DNA of 38,316 nt from Pirellulales bacterium (GCA_039831725.1 JBDOMQ010000406.1:1-38316); one strand, 5' to 3'; counted from the first letter of the stretch, positions 1 to 9,774 are shown. Made by a program: numbers and translations. The notes: generated from the sequence alone by a model not told the origin.

Positions 1-427
1 GATTACGCCGCTGAACATTCTGTGCCATATCTGCAAAAAAACGAAGAGAATCAATGAAGTTCTCAACGTCCCCCATGGCATGAGCTGGTAATTTACCTGC
101 ATCAATTGCTTCGATATGAGACACAACCGCTTTTTTTTGTTCCACTAAATCTGCGAACCGATGAAGCCGCACACCACGGTCATTTGGAGCCAGTGTTGAC
201 CAACCCGATTTCTTGAATGCCTCGTTCGCCCTGTCAACACTTTGGTTAACATCGGCTGCGGTGTAGGCATGCACCTCCGCAAGCACATCACCACTGCCTG
301 GATCACGAGATTGAAATGTTGTGTCTCCGGAGCCGCACCAATCTTCACCACCAACAACACCAGAGATAATTCCTCCCGACAGGTATGATTCAACTTCAGG
401 AATTTTCGTCACCGTAACTGAAGCCAT
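1..427 (-). CDS. aldehyde dehydrogenase family protein, N-terminal part only (gene runs off the left edge)
   Basis: Absent from the ORF track because it is open at the window edge. Hand translation of the minus strand from ATG at 427 gives MASVTVTKIPEVESYLSGGIISGVVGGEDWCGSGDTTFQSRDPGSGDVLAEVHAYTAADVNQSVDRANEAFKKSGWSTLAPNDRGVRLHRFADLVEQKKAVVSHIEAIDAGKLPAHAMGDVENFIDSLRFFADMAQNVQRRN with no stop down to position 2. This is the typical ALDH N-terminal layout (..DP..G.V.A.V...TA.DV..AV..A..AF..W..L.P..R...L.R.ADL.E......IE..D.GK). A GGAGA motif lies 6 nt upstream of the ATG. Confidence 0.8.
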   Translation of the reverse strand, partial: MASVTVTKIPEVESYLSGGIISGVVGGEDWCGSGDTTFQSRDPGSGDVLAEVHAYTAADVNQSVDRANEAFKKSGWSTLAPNDRGVRLHRFADLVEQKKAVVSHIEAIDAGKLPAHAMGDVENFIDSLRFFADMAQNVQRRN

Positions 428-637
428 ATTTTGTCTCCGCGTTCTTGAGGATAGATATTTCTCAAAGGATTAAAGCACAAGGGTTCTATTCGGCTTAAGG
501 ACTGCCACCATCAGACTCTCTTACAGCATACCCGCGCAATTACTGATGTGTCGCCACTAGCACTTCATAAGACTGCGTGTAGAACGCCGACAGCCCGTAT
601 TCTGAAGCAGTATTACGTCTCTCTTGGCTTAAAAACA

Positions 638-1696
638 TCAGCCCAGAAGTCGTTGGATCCACCGTGCGGCAGCAAGGCCACTTGATGCTGCAGACTCAAC
701 ACGACCACCACCAAATGCATCGCCACAACAAACGACTGGCGGCTTATTCTGCACCGCAATCATTGGCGTCTTGAGCGGTGAAACGGGAAAGGCATATTTC
801 CAACGCTGTAGCGAACTCGCCTGAACCTCATTAGAAGTTGTCCCGTCAATCCAACAACGTACTGCTTCTATGAGTTTGTCTTCTACCTGCCTCGGATCAG
901 AATCGAAGTGATCCCTACTAAATTCAGCAGTTGCCTGAACCGTAAGGCTCGGCACTGGGGATATTCCTTTTAAAGAGTTGTCAGCAATCCAGGCAACCGG
1001 ACCAGAACAGACTTCAAGACCGCCAGGATCGGGTAATAGGCTTGGCTTCGCTAAGCGAAGCATGAGTGAGAAACAGGGAGAATACTCTACTGACGAAAGC
1101 ATTTCCCACACCTGTGGATCGACAACGGGAGGTTGCAGTCCACCAGCGTGAAATACTTCGACAGCTTGTGGAACAGGGGCAGTGAGCAAAGCGGCACGGC
1201 CCACAACCATTTCATCGTTTTCACAGGACACATGGACTGCATTGTCTTGAACACCCACGGAACGAACACGTACTCCCGTTTTCACCGCTTCGGGCAGTGT
1301 CCCCGCAAGATACTTTGGAAGACTTGTCATGCCATGAGCACCTCTCCAACGGGCGTGCCCAACTTCATCAAGTGGGTCGATAGCTGGACCATCGGCTGTT
1401 TCTGACCGCGGAAACAAATCACACCATGGCATAACAGCAAGGGTGTCTTGTGCTTCGGAGACAACACTTCCAAACGCTCTTCCCTTGACGGAAAAATATT
1501 GGGCACCATGATCACAGACGGCTTCACCAATCCGGCGGGTTGCCATTCGACCACCAACTCCACGCGATTTCTCTAAAACTCTTACCCGGTAGCCAGATTT
1601 GGTTAGATAGCAAGATGCCATGAGGCCAGCAATTCCAGCCCCAACAACAACAATGTCGTATTCGCCAGAAGATTGATCAGTTTGTAGAGCGGCCAC
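638..1696 (-). CDS. NAD(P)/FAD-dependent oxidoreductase (flavin amine-oxidase / renalase-like, COG3380-type)
   Basis: 352-aa ORF. It has the Rossmann dinucleotide motif DIVVVGAGIAGLMASCYL, then VLEKSRGVGGRMATRR and DHGAQYF. The GTG start at 1696 overlaps the upstream gene by 20 nt. Confidence 0.8.
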   Translation of the reverse strand: MAALQTDQSSGEYDIVVVGAGIAGLMASCYLTKSGYRVRVLEKSRGVGGRMATRRIGEAVCDHGAQYFSVKGRAFGSVVSEAQDTLAVMPWCDLFPRSETADGPAIDPLDEVGHARWRGAHGMTSLPKYLAGTLPEAVKTGVRVRSVGVQDNAVHVSCENDEMVVGRAALLTAPVPQAVEVFHAGGLQPPVVDPQVWEMLSSVEYSPCFSLMLRLAKPSLLPDPGGLEVCSGPVAWIADNSLKGISPVPSLTVQATAEFSRDHFDSDPRQVEDKLIEAVRCWIDGTTSNEVQASSLQRWKYAFPVSPLKTPMIAVQNKPPVVCCGDAFGGGRVESAASSGLAAARWIQRLLG

Positions 1697-2096
1697 GAGC
1701 TTTCCAAGCAGTAGATAGGATGAGAGAAAATGGAATCCACCAAATCAAATCATTTGTGACAATATTCAAACCGAAGGCCAACGGAAGCCTTTCAGACCAA
1801 AGTGCCTCAGCAAATCCTATTGGGCCAAGAACTTTGCCTAGAAAGCCCACAAATACAATGGGCCAGTGGCGAATCGGATCAGAAGCTGCAATAAGATATC
1901 CGATGCCATAAACCCCGACAATCATACCGATGCATTGCCAGAACTCAGGGTAGTGAGGCGGTTCCATTCCGGTAGCCCGGAATACCCAGAGCGGAAAAAG
2001 GATTGCAACCCCACCCCATGCGATGTTGTAGACACCAGCCGTATAGAGAACCCATCGCATCCAAGGCTTGGTCTCGATTTGCTCAGATTGAGTCAT
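1677..2096 (-). CDS. small integral membrane protein (about 4 TM helices), function unknown
   Basis: 139-aa ORF with an ATG start. It has four hydrophobic stretches (WVLYTAGVYNIAWGGVAILFPLWVF, CIGMIVGVYGIGYLIAA, IVFVGFLGKVLGPIGFA, LIWWIPFSLILSTAW). Its 3' end overlaps the oxidoreductase start, which suggests co-translation. Confidence 0.6.
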   Translation of the reverse strand: MTQSEQIETKPWMRWVLYTAGVYNIAWGGVAILFPLWVFRATGMEPPHYPEFWQCIGMIVGVYGIGYLIAASDPIRHWPIVFVGFLGKVLGPIGFAEALWSERLPLAFGLNIVTNDLIWWIPFSLILSTAWKARGRSTN

Positions 2097-2155
2097 GAGG
2101 CTCTTCTTGTTGAGTTCGTAGAGGTAATAAACCGATGGCTGTGATCAATGTACAT

Positions 2156-2881
2156 TTACAATAGACTCAGGAGGTCTGCTGTGCAGGGGATGCGGCTTCC
2201 GGCAAGCAGTTCTCCCTCATCGCACCCACCAAGGCACCCCACAGTTTTAGAGAATGCCTCCACTCGCGTAAAAACGCTTGCTTTTTCAGGAGGAAACTGA
2301 GAATCGTAGCACCGAACCGCTTTCAATTTCTGCTCCAAGTGACCGTCAATATTAACGATAAGAGGCCAATGGCCTGCTGGAAGATCAGCAACTCCCGCAA
2401 ACAGAAAATAGCTCAGGAGACTGGGAACTGTATGAACAGGCAGATGATCAAAGACATCGTCCCATTTCGTCAATCGAGAGTAGAAAACAGCTGCCTCTGT
2501 TATCGCCATAGCCTGGGCGTGGTCAGGTGAAGCCATCGGTGTCTTGTCACCAATTCCAAGAACCAAGCGCGGACGGTATCGACGAAAAATTTTTGCAAGA
2601 GCTACCCGAACTTCAAAACAGTCAAAGAGCCTTCGATTCGGAAACCCCAGTTGTTCACGATGCACAACACCGAGCACGCCAGCAGCTTTTGTTGCTTCAG
2701 CAAGCCGCTCTTCTGGACCACTCGATCGTGGTGTGGGCTCACCATCCGTGATATCAACAATACCTACCCGAAACCCCTGAGAAGCTAATCTTGCGAGCGT
2801 GCCTCCACAACCAATTTCAACATCATCGGGATGCGCACCAACAGCGATAGCATCAAGTGGCTCAGGAAGTTGGTCGGTCAC
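2156..2881 (-). CDS. PIG-L / LmbE family N-acetylglucosaminyl deacetylase (BshB1-like)
   Basis: 241 aa. It carries the family signature [38 protein letters not shown], followed by the ..FPNRRL.. and HPDH-type region (SPDHAQA). The GTG start lies 3 nt after the cobL stop. Confidence 0.85.
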   Translation of the reverse strand: MTDQLPEPLDAIAVGAHPDDVEIGCGGTLARLASQGFRVGIVDITDGEPTPRSSGPEERLAEATKAAGVLGVVHREQLGFPNRRLFDCFEVRVALAKIFRRYRPRLVLGIGDKTPMASPDHAQAMAITEAAVFYSRLTKWDDVFDHLPVHTVPSLLSYFLFAGVADLPAGHWPLIVNIDGHLEQKLKAVRCYDSQFPPEKASVFTRVEAFSKTVGCLGGCDEGELLAGSRIPCTADLLSLL

Positions 2882-2884
2882 ACC

Positions 2885-4132
2885 CTACCCCGCCTTCGTC
2901 GCCGCCATAAGAAAGTTCGGATTTATCGCCTCGAAACGAATACGATCCATTTGCTCTATGCCACGGGCGATATTGACCATCCAGTATCCGGCGTCGTCTG
3001 AACGACTTCGCAGTAGAGCATGAACCGCAGCAAGATTTTCAATGCTATTGCAACTGGTTACTAAACGACCTCCAGGCTTCAGACGCTCCCAAGCCTGTTC
3101 GACAAGTGAACTAACCGCACGACCACTCCCCCCAACGTAAATACTGTCGGGGTCTGGAAGATCACTCCAAGCCTCTGGAGCCTGGCCCAAAATAGCTTGC
3201 AGATTACTGACACCAAATCTCACGGCATTTTCTTCGATCAACTGATGGTCATCGGTATCCATCTCAATGGCAAAGACAGAACCGCTCGGGGCGAGCCTTG
3301 CGGCCTCAATAGCCAATGAACCGCTACCTGCCCCAACGTCCCACACAGTACTCGTGGAGCATAACGAGAGTTCAGCAAGAGCCAGACTGCGGACTTCTTT
3401 TGGAGTAAGTAGACCCCTCTTCGGACGCGACTGCAGGAAAAGCTCATCAGAGTTTCCGAACAGACGTCTGCCCGCCTTACTTGGCGGTTCAGTTAATCCA
3501 CTCGGACGAATAAGGATCATAACGTTCAAAGGCCCAAACGATTCTTTGGAAATCTCCTGTAGTGAACCTTGTGTTACTCGCTCATCCGGCGAGCCAAGGT
3601 TTTCACAAACATATGCTTGGAGACCTGTCACTCCCTGCTCAAGGAGAACTTCAGCGACAGCATTCGGAGGCCATTTTTCACTTGTGAAAAGACCCGCAGT
3701 ATCGACCATACGAATCTTGTCGATAACACGATCAATAACCGTTAACCCAGAAAGGCTGGCCAGGTAGGCGTCTTCCCAACTCTCCTTAACTCTGGCAAAT
3801 GCAAGTTGCATGCTACTTACATGAGGAACAACTTCGAATCTCTCTTTTCCGAGTTTGGCACAAACATAGCGTGCCGTCCCATAGAAAAGTGGATCCCCTG
3901 ATGCCAAAACAACAATCTTTTGCTGGCCATCAGATCCCTCTATGCGGTCAACCAACTCCTCAAGACTCGAGACGATTTCAAGCCGCCCCTGCATGTCTTT
4001 AGACAGCAGGGGACTGCATGAGTCCGGGCCTAACAAAATACTGGCTGATTCAACAATTTTCACGGCATGGGCGGTCATCCCCTCGATGCCATCATCACCA
4101 ATCCCGACAATAAAAACTTTTTCGGCCGCCAC
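2885..4132 (-). CDS. cobL: precorrin-6Y C5,15-methyltransferase (decarboxylating), fused CbiE/CbiT
   Basis: 415 aa. The N-terminal half is a tetrapyrrole-methylase fold (KVFIVGIGDDGIEGMT...VVLASGDPLFYG). The C-terminal half is a class I SAM methyltransferase (VWDVGAGSGSLAIEAARL). The GTG start is preceded by GAGGAGG. Confidence 0.85.
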   Translation of the reverse strand: MAAEKVFIVGIGDDGIEGMTAHAVKIVESASILLGPDSCSPLLSKDMQGRLEIVSSLEELVDRIEGSDGQQKIVVLASGDPLFYGTARYVCAKLGKERFEVVPHVSSMQLAFARVKESWEDAYLASLSGLTVIDRVIDKIRMVDTAGLFTSEKWPPNAVAEVLLEQGVTGLQAYVCENLGSPDERVTQGSLQEISKESFGPLNVMILIRPSGLTEPPSKAGRRLFGNSDELFLQSRPKRGLLTPKEVRSLALAELSLCSTSTVWDVGAGSGSLAIEAARLAPSGSVFAIEMDTDDHQLIEENAVRFGVSNLQAILGQAPEAWSDLPDPDSIYVGGSGRAVSSLVEQAWERLKPGGRLVTSCNSIENLAAVHALLRSRSDDAGYWMVNIARGIEQMDRIRFEAINPNFLMAATKAG

Positions 4133-4165
4133 CGGACCTCCTCTGCAGCTTACCGCGATAGTTGA

Positions 4166-4498
4166 TCAGGCCTGGAACGAACTGCCGCAACCGCAGCTTT
4201 TCGTGGCATTTGGGTTATTGAAGGTGAAGCCTCGTTTATCAATTCCCTCGTGAAAATCGAGTGTTGTCCCATCAAGAAAAAGATCACTCTTTTTGTCCAC
4301 CACAACCGATATGCCATGCTGGTCAGTTTTCGAGTCAGCTTTTGGGTCGAATTGAGTATCAAAACCAAGTGAATACTGAAACCCACTACAACCACCTCCG
4401 GCAACGCCGACGCGAAGAACTGTACCGTCCTCGAGTTTCTGATCTGTAATGATTTTCTTGACTTCGCTGGCTGCCTTTTCAGTAAGCGTAATCGACAT
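4166..4498 (-). CDS. erpA: A-type iron-sulfur cluster carrier / insertion protein (HesB/IscA/ErpA family)
   Basis: 110 aa. Contains LRVGVAGGGCSGFQYSLGFD and the C-terminal NPNATKSCGCGSSF, which are the three conserved Cys of A-type carriers. The ATG is preceded by a GGAGA motif. Confidence 0.85.
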   Translation of the reverse strand: MSITLTEKAASEVKKIITDQKLEDGTVLRVGVAGGGCSGFQYSLGFDTQFDPKADSKTDQHGISVVVDKKSDLFLDGTTLDFHEGIDKRGFTFNNPNATKSCGCGSSFQA

Positions 4499-4729
4499 TG
4501 TAAAAGTCTCCGTAGGAGTTTGCGAGTTGTTTCAAGAACCACGACAGCCACGACAAGCGGCTTTCACCGGACGAATTCTACCATTCGATGAGTCGCGAGA
4601 ATGCCCTTAACCATCTGAATTTAGTTTATCCCGGTCCTGATTGGCGGCAAAGGCCGGTGCACTGATACAGTCAGAAGTTGACTCCATGGCGGTACTTTCT
4701 AGCGGTTACGCAGGAAAATCGAATACGAA

Positions 4730-5911
4730 CTATACATGGCCAAGGGACTCAACCGCTGCTTTCAGCCTCTCTGCTGCCACCTCTATCTGCTCTACTGAGG
4801 TCATTCGTGAGACCCCAAAACGGATACTCTGACGAGCTTCTTCCTCAGATAACCCCAAGGCACGTAAGACATGGCTTGGTCTTGGCTGTTCACTCGAGCA
4901 TGCGCTACCAGAACTCGCTGCCACTCCAGTTCGAGACAATTCTGCAAGAAGAGTCGCCCCATCAATTCCCGGAATACGAATGTTCAAGTTATTGGGGAGT
5001 CGTAAACCGGATTCAATCGCCGGACCATTCAATTGTATGCCTGGAACATATTTCAATAGCAGGTTCCAAAGTTTTGTACGTAAATCACCCATATGACTTA
5101 TTGCCACATCCAGCCTTTCATTTGCAAGTTCAAAGGCACGCCCCATTCCAACTATGCCGGGTACATTAAGCGTTCCACTTCGAATACCACGTTCCTGTGC
5201 ACCTCCAAAAACCTGTGGGTCAATTCGCACATTTCGTTGTTGACGCCGAACATACAGAGCACCAACACCTTTTGGGCCATGACACTTGTGAGCTGAGAAA
5301 CTGGCTAAGTCAGCACCAAGTGCAGTGACGTTCAAAGAGCAGTTCCCAATTGCCTGCGCACAATCCACATGAAGCAAAGCCCCATGAGCATGCACAATGT
5401 CAGCAATATCAGAAATTGGATACACGAAACCCATTTCATTATTCGCAAACATGATTGAAACAAGAACTGGCCCCGAGGAAATCATCTCATCGAGATGCTC
5501 AAGATCAAGAGCACCTGGAGCTTTACTGTCTTTTGTTGCTACTGGTAAACGACAGACAGACAAGCCTTGCCGCTCTAGTTGGTCGGCTACATCGAGAACA
5601 GCTGCGTGCTCTGTTTCAGGGACAATGCACTGTTTTATTGACTGACGGCTTACTGCGCCAACCATCGCCAGATTGATACTTTCAGTAGCTCCGCTCGTAA
5701 AAATAATCTCTTGAGGTGTCGCTCCAACCACTTGTGCCACACGTTGCCTTGCTGTCTCTACAGCGTCACGTGCCTCCACCCCCATTGCATGCGTACCACT
5801 GCCTGCATTTCCGTAGGTATCTGTAAACCACGGAAGCATTGTTTGAACCACGTCGGGATCGACTCGAGTGGTTGCATGGTTATCCAGATAGACAGGACCA
5901 TTGTCGGGCAT
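4730..5911 (-). CDS. cysteine desulfurase, class I (IscS/NifS type)
   Basis: Contains YLDNHATTRVDP near the N-terminus, the PLP-lysine motif SFSAHKCHGPKGVGALYVRR and the active-site loop SSGSACSS. I start it at the ATG at 5911 (MPDNGPVYLDNHATT, AAGGAA upstream). The ORF stays open to 5998, but that extension would overlap the upstream gene. Confidence 0.85.
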   Translation of the reverse strand: MPDNGPVYLDNHATTRVDPDVVQTMLPWFTDTYGNAGSGTHAMGVEARDAVETARQRVAQVVGATPQEIIFTSGATESINLAMVGAVSRQSIKQCIVPETEHAAVLDVADQLERQGLSVCRLPVATKDSKAPGALDLEHLDEMISSGPVLVSIMFANNEMGFVYPISDIADIVHAHGALLHVDCAQAIGNCSLNVTALGADLASFSAHKCHGPKGVGALYVRRQQRNVRIDPQVFGGAQERGIRSGTLNVPGIVGMGRAFELANERLDVAISHMGDLRTKLWNLLLKYVPGIQLNGPAIESGLRLPNNLNIRIPGIDGATLLAELSRTGVAASSGSACSSEQPRPSHVLRALGLSEEEARQSIRFGVSRMTSVEQIEVAAERLKAAVESLGHV

Positions 5912-5969
5912 CACTGAATATTCCTTACCAAATCTGTATGACCGCACCCATGATGTTTGGTTCGATAAT

Positions 5970-6599
5970 TTACGCAAGAACGCCAGCTTCAACCGCATCT
6001 AGAGCAATCTGAGACCACGTTTCAAACTGCTTGCGCTCGGCGAGTAACTTCTCAGATGATTGAAATCCGCACTCGAGTAGGTCGGCCTCACGAGATTCCA
6101 CCTCGGGGACTTGTAACTCAAGTACATGGACAATCCCGAGATGCACGCTCCCAACAGGAGTAGCATCGTCGTTGATAAGCCCCACGCATCGGCTTGCAAA
6201 ATCTCCGCTGATTGCAACTTCCTCATTGAGCTCCCGTAACATACCAGCCTCATATGACGCATTATCGCCATACTCCCCATCAGTACTGGCGATATGACCG
6301 CCAACACCAATAGACCGCTTGGCCCGGAGTCGTGCTTCTCCCTGTCCACCACCGCGCGTGTAGGAAAAAAACTGTGTCACTCCATTTGGATCAGGCCATG
6401 CGAGCAGGCAGTATGGGATCAGCTGCTTAAATGATGGATCCTCTTCTGCTTGCTCGCGTGGCATCCAGAGTGTTTGATTGGGATCAAGAAGAATCGGAAG
6501 GTATTTTTCAACGTCTCCACAAAATCCCTGAAACAACCCAGCCTGCTCCAATACGGATCGAGGCACCACCAAAACATCTTCCTGAGGTAGAGAGGACAC
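5970..6599 (-). CDS. Nudix-fold phosphoesterase-like protein (YmaB / COG4112-like)
   Basis: 209 aa. It has a degenerate Nudix box, GGHIASTDGEYGDNASYEAGMLRELNEEVAI, preceded by KQLIPYCLL...YTRGGGQGEARLRAKRSIGVGGH. I associate this pattern with the COG4112 MutT-like group. Not verified. Confidence 0.5.
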   Translation of the reverse strand: MSSLPQEDVLVVPRSVLEQAGLFQGFCGDVEKYLPILLDPNQTLWMPREQAEEDPSFKQLIPYCLLAWPDPNGVTQFFSYTRGGGQGEARLRAKRSIGVGGHIASTDGEYGDNASYEAGMLRELNEEVAISGDFASRCVGLINDDATPVGSVHLGIVHVLELQVPEVESREADLLECGFQSSEKLLAERKQFETWSQIALDAVEAGVLA

Positions 6600-6726
6600 G
6601 AGCGTAACTCCTTTTCATGATTCAAATAGGGAACTGTTTTTATCCGTATTTCTCATTGCATCATACAACGACCAGCGGAAAGTTTTACGGAGACTTCTGA
6701 AGAAAACTCTGACTGACATTTTTGCA

Positions 6727-7803
6727 CTACAAAATCAGCATTGCATCGCCGTAACTCAGAAATCGATAGCCAGTCCGAACTGCTTCTTGATACGCGCGCC
6801 TAATAAGATCATGGCCAGCAAACGCGCTCACAAGAACCATCAAGGTCGTTCTCGGCATATGAAAGTTCGTCAGCATGACGTCCACTGCACAAAAAGAATA
6901 TCCGGGACGAATATATAAGTCTGTTGCACCAACAAATGACTCGGCTGCTCCAGCCTGAGCAGCAGTTTCAAGAGACCGAACGGCTGTCGTGCCGACGGCC
7001 ACGACTCTTCCACCAAGCCGCTGAGTTTGACGAATCGCTGCTACCGTTTTATCCGAAACAGCACACCACTCAGAGTGCATTGCATGCTCGTCAATTTTTT
7101 TCGTGCCGATAGGCCGAAATGTATCGATCCCAACATGCAAAGTAACTTCTGCACGCTTTACACCCCTGCTCTTTAGTTCTCGCAAGAGCGCAGGCGTGAA
7201 GTGCAGGCCTGCCGTCGGTGCCGCAGCTGACCCCGGCCGTTCCGCAAAGACTGTCTGGTATCTCTCAACATCTTCACTCCGGGCTACCCCCTCCCGAATA
7301 TATCCAGGCAGAGGAACCCGGCCAACTCGTGACAGAAGATCGAGTATCGGCTCGTCTGAACATGGATCGAATAACCAGGTCCCTCCCACATCACGCGCAA
7401 CAAGTTCAAGAACTGCCTGATCTCCACCATCTTTGCCCATTATTATAATTCGTTCACCAACGCGCAAGGTTCCCCGCGTCTTAGACAACAGACGCACAAG
7501 CCGACGTCCATCGTCCCCAACAACTTCTGCTAAAAAGAGGCCCTCCCAACGCCCATCTGTTTCAGCCCGCCGTCCATGCAGGCGGGCCGGTACAACCTGT
7601 GAATCGTTTACTATCATGAGATCGTTTGGTGCGAGGATCTTAGGCAAATCACAAATATTCATATGTCGAATAGATTGCGATGCCCGGTCCAAAACAAGCA
7701 GCCGAGCAGCAGCACGATCCGCCAGTGGTTCCTGGGCAATAGATGACTCGGGAAGGTCGTAGTCATAAAAATCGGCTGTATTTAAATCTGCTGAACCTGT
7801 CAT
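6727..7803 (-). CDS. queA: S-adenosylmethionine:tRNA ribosyltransferase-isomerase
   Basis: Contains FYDYDLPESSIAQEPLADRAAARLLV at the N-terminus, LHFT in the middle and RFLSYGDAMLI at the C-terminus, all QueA hallmarks. I prefer the ATG at 7803. The ORF is open to a TTG at 7821. Confidence 0.9.
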   Translation of the reverse strand: MTGSADLNTADFYDYDLPESSIAQEPLADRAAARLLVLDRASQSIRHMNICDLPKILAPNDLMIVNDSQVVPARLHGRRAETDGRWEGLFLAEVVGDDGRRLVRLLSKTRGTLRVGERIIIMGKDGGDQAVLELVARDVGGTWLFDPCSDEPILDLLSRVGRVPLPGYIREGVARSEDVERYQTVFAERPGSAAAPTAGLHFTPALLRELKSRGVKRAEVTLHVGIDTFRPIGTKKIDEHAMHSEWCAVSDKTVAAIRQTQRLGGRVVAVGTTAVRSLETAAQAGAAESFVGATDLYIRPGYSFCAVDVMLTNFHMPRTTLMVLVSAFAGHDLIRRAYQEAVRTGYRFLSYGDAMLIL

Positions 7804-7855
7804 GCTTATAAAGGTACCCAAAAAACGAACTGCTCGGAATGGTTAAACTGGCGAC

Positions 7856-8767
7856 GTGCACAACTCAAACTCTACCCAACGACACTCTTCAACAAGCCTC
7901 CATACCAGCGTTCTGGTGAAGGAGTCGCTGTCATTCCTGAATCTCGCTACGGGGATGACAGTTGTTGATGGAACACTCGGAGGCGGAGGGCACACACGAC
8001 TGCTTGCAGAAACCGTTGGACCAACAGGGAAGGTCATTGCTATTGACCGGGATCCCTCTGCAATTGAACGTGGTGCAAAAGAACTCACGAATCTCCCGAT
8101 TCGATTTGCCCAGGCAAACTTTTGTAATCTCCCTGAGGTTCTCGATGCAGTAGAGGTTGAAAGTATTGATGGCATGCTTCTGGATGTCGGCATTTCAAGT
8201 GATCAACTGGCCGACCGTGAAAGAGGGTTTTCATTTGACTCTGATGGACCACTTGATCTGCGATTTGATCCAACGGAAGGGGAACCCGCATGGAGGCTTA
8301 TAAACCGACTCCGACCAGAAACGCTTGCAAACCTTATTTATGAATTTGGAGAAGAACGACACAGCCGCCGAATCGCGAGACGCATTGCGCACGCCCGGGA
8401 GCGGGAGCCAGTAGAATCGGCCAGAGAGTTCGCCAAACTTGTAGCGTCCGCCATACCTCGTCAAGCAACGCATCAAAAAAGAATACATCCAGCGACTCGC
8501 ACTTTTCAGGCACTTCGAATTGCAGTAAACGAAGAACTTAAGTCTCTGCAAATTGCACTTGAACGAATACCTACTCGTTTAAAACCTGGGGGCAGGCTGG
8601 TTGTTATTTCATTCCATTCACTCGAAGACCGGCTTGTAAAGACAGCTTTTCGCAGCCCACAAACCTGGAACTGCCTTACGAAATCACCGGTTGAGGCTAC
8701 GGCAGATGAAGTCGCTCTAAATCGTCGGTCTCGGTCAGCGAGACTCCGGGCTGCGGAACGAATATGA
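7856..8767 (+). CDS. rsmH: 16S rRNA (cytosine1402-N4)-methyltransferase
   Basis: Contains HTSVLVKESLSFL, VDGTLGGGGHT, DLGISSDQL-type (DVGISSDQLAD), RIHPATRTFQALRIAVNEEL and ISFHSLEDRLVK, which are canonical RsmH/MraW motifs. It has a GTG start and no mraZ upstream. Confidence 0.9.
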   Translation: MHNSNSTQRHSSTSLHTSVLVKESLSFLNLATGMTVVDGTLGGGGHTRLLAETVGPTGKVIAIDRDPSAIERGAKELTNLPIRFAQANFCNLPEVLDAVEVESIDGMLLDVGISSDQLADRERGFSFDSDGPLDLRFDPTEGEPAWRLINRLRPETLANLIYEFGEERHSRRIARRIAHAREREPVESAREFAKLVASAIPRQATHQKRIHPATRTFQALRIAVNEELKSLQIALERIPTRLKPGGRLVVISFHSLEDRLVKTAFRSPQTWNCLTKSPVEATADEVALNRRSRSARLRAAERI

Positions 8768-8991
8768 AAAGCACTCCGTGGGTAGAATGTTACGCGGTCT
8801 TCCCATTTTGACATGCGAATAGGCTATTTTCGATATTTTTCGGCAATAGCAACTCCGTTTGCAAACAATGTTTTTCTTTCCCTGCCGCTCTAGCAACACC
8901 CGCACACTTTCAGCAGAATCACTGCCCTTAAGAAAACCAAGAGCTGCGAAGCACGCAGCCGCTGATCGTATCTTATTCGTGCGGACTTTGA

Positions 8992-9774
8992 ATGGGACGT
9001 GAATCCAAATTCCTTCTGTCGTTACTCGGTCTTCTAGCAGGAATTTTTGTGACTGCACTTGCTCTACGGCTATTCATTCCACGCCCCCCAGAGGGCGCTG
9101 GTCCGGATATTCATACACTCAGTTTTAATCCCTTTGCTGAAACAGTTCCTCCTCCTGACCTTACCCCGAGCCCGGAAAAGAGGCCGCTACAGCGCGTAGC
9201 TACCATCAGTGATACGACACAAACACAGACGCGATTTCAAAACATTGAGGCAAGCTTTGAACCCTCGTTTGAGCAAGCCGATCAAGAAGACTTTTCTCTT
9301 CCAGCGATGAAAATTGATGACCCCCCCGCGCTTGAAGCAGTCGACGAAACTCCTGCCCTCGACTCGCAGGAGTCAGGCGTGAAGCAATTTCCGGATATTG
9401 AAAACAAGAACGCTCCATGGCAGATACCGACCGCAGTAGAAACACTTCCTGAAGCACCATCAGCAACAGCTGTAGATAACGTCAATTCACAGTTGCCTCC
9501 ACAGTCCCTACCCATCGCCAATTCACCACCTCAAACAGCTATCACAAAACCAATGAAAAAGCTTTCACCAGGTATGCTTTATGACGTGCAAGAGGGTGAT
9601 TCCTGGTGGCAATTAGCAGAGACCGCCTACGGTGATGGCCGTTATTACCGAAGCCTTTTCGCATGGAATAAAGCTCTTGAGCCCCGAGTGTCGCTATCAC
9701 CGGGTACAACCCTCGAAATCCCCCAAGCAAACCAGCTCCAGCTAGCATGGCCGAGACTGATTCCTGCCGAATAG
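8992..9774 (+). CDS. membrane-anchored, Pro/acidic-rich protein with C-terminal LysM domain
   Basis: 260 aa. It has an N-terminal TM anchor (FLLSLLGLLAGIFVTALALRLF), a long low-complexity P/E/T/Q linker and a C-terminal LysM-like motif (YDVQEGDSWWQLAETAYGDGRYYRSLFAWNKAL...LSPGTTLEIP). Confidence 0.7.
   Translation: MGRESKFLLSLLGLLAGIFVTALALRLFIPRPPEGAGPDIHTLSFNPFAETVPPPDLTPSPEKRPLQRVATISDTTQTQTRFQNIEASFEPSFEQADQEDFSLPAMKIDDPPALEAVDETPALDSQESGVKQFPDIENKNAPWQIPTAVETLPEAPSATAVDNVNSQLPPQSLPIANSPPQTAITKPMKKLSPGMLYDVQEGDSWWQLAETAYGDGRYYRSLFAWNKALEPRVSLSPGTTLEIPQANQLQLAWPRLIPAE

Noticed and set aside
145-393. 82-aa minus-strand ORF from the track
   Set aside because: It is in a different frame from, and wholly inside, the aldehyde dehydrogenase reading frame (1..427). 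The ALDH frame gives a clean family-typical sequence, whereas the 82-aa product is Cys/Arg-rich nonsense.
4150-4551. 133-aa minus-strand ORF overlapping the erpA frame
   Set aside because: The alternative frame (4166..4498) encodes an unmistakable HesB/IscA protein with an RBS. The 133-aa product is Arg/Leu-rich with no features.
5912-5998. N-terminal extensions of track ORFs (5912..5998 cysteine desulfurase; 27061..27117; 33589..33645; 38117..38242; 7804..7821; 25784..25795)
   Set aside because: In each case an internal ATG preceded by a Shine-Dalgarno-like motif sits where family N-termini normally begin. The extensions start at GTG or TTG, add non-conserved residues, or overlap the neighbouring gene.
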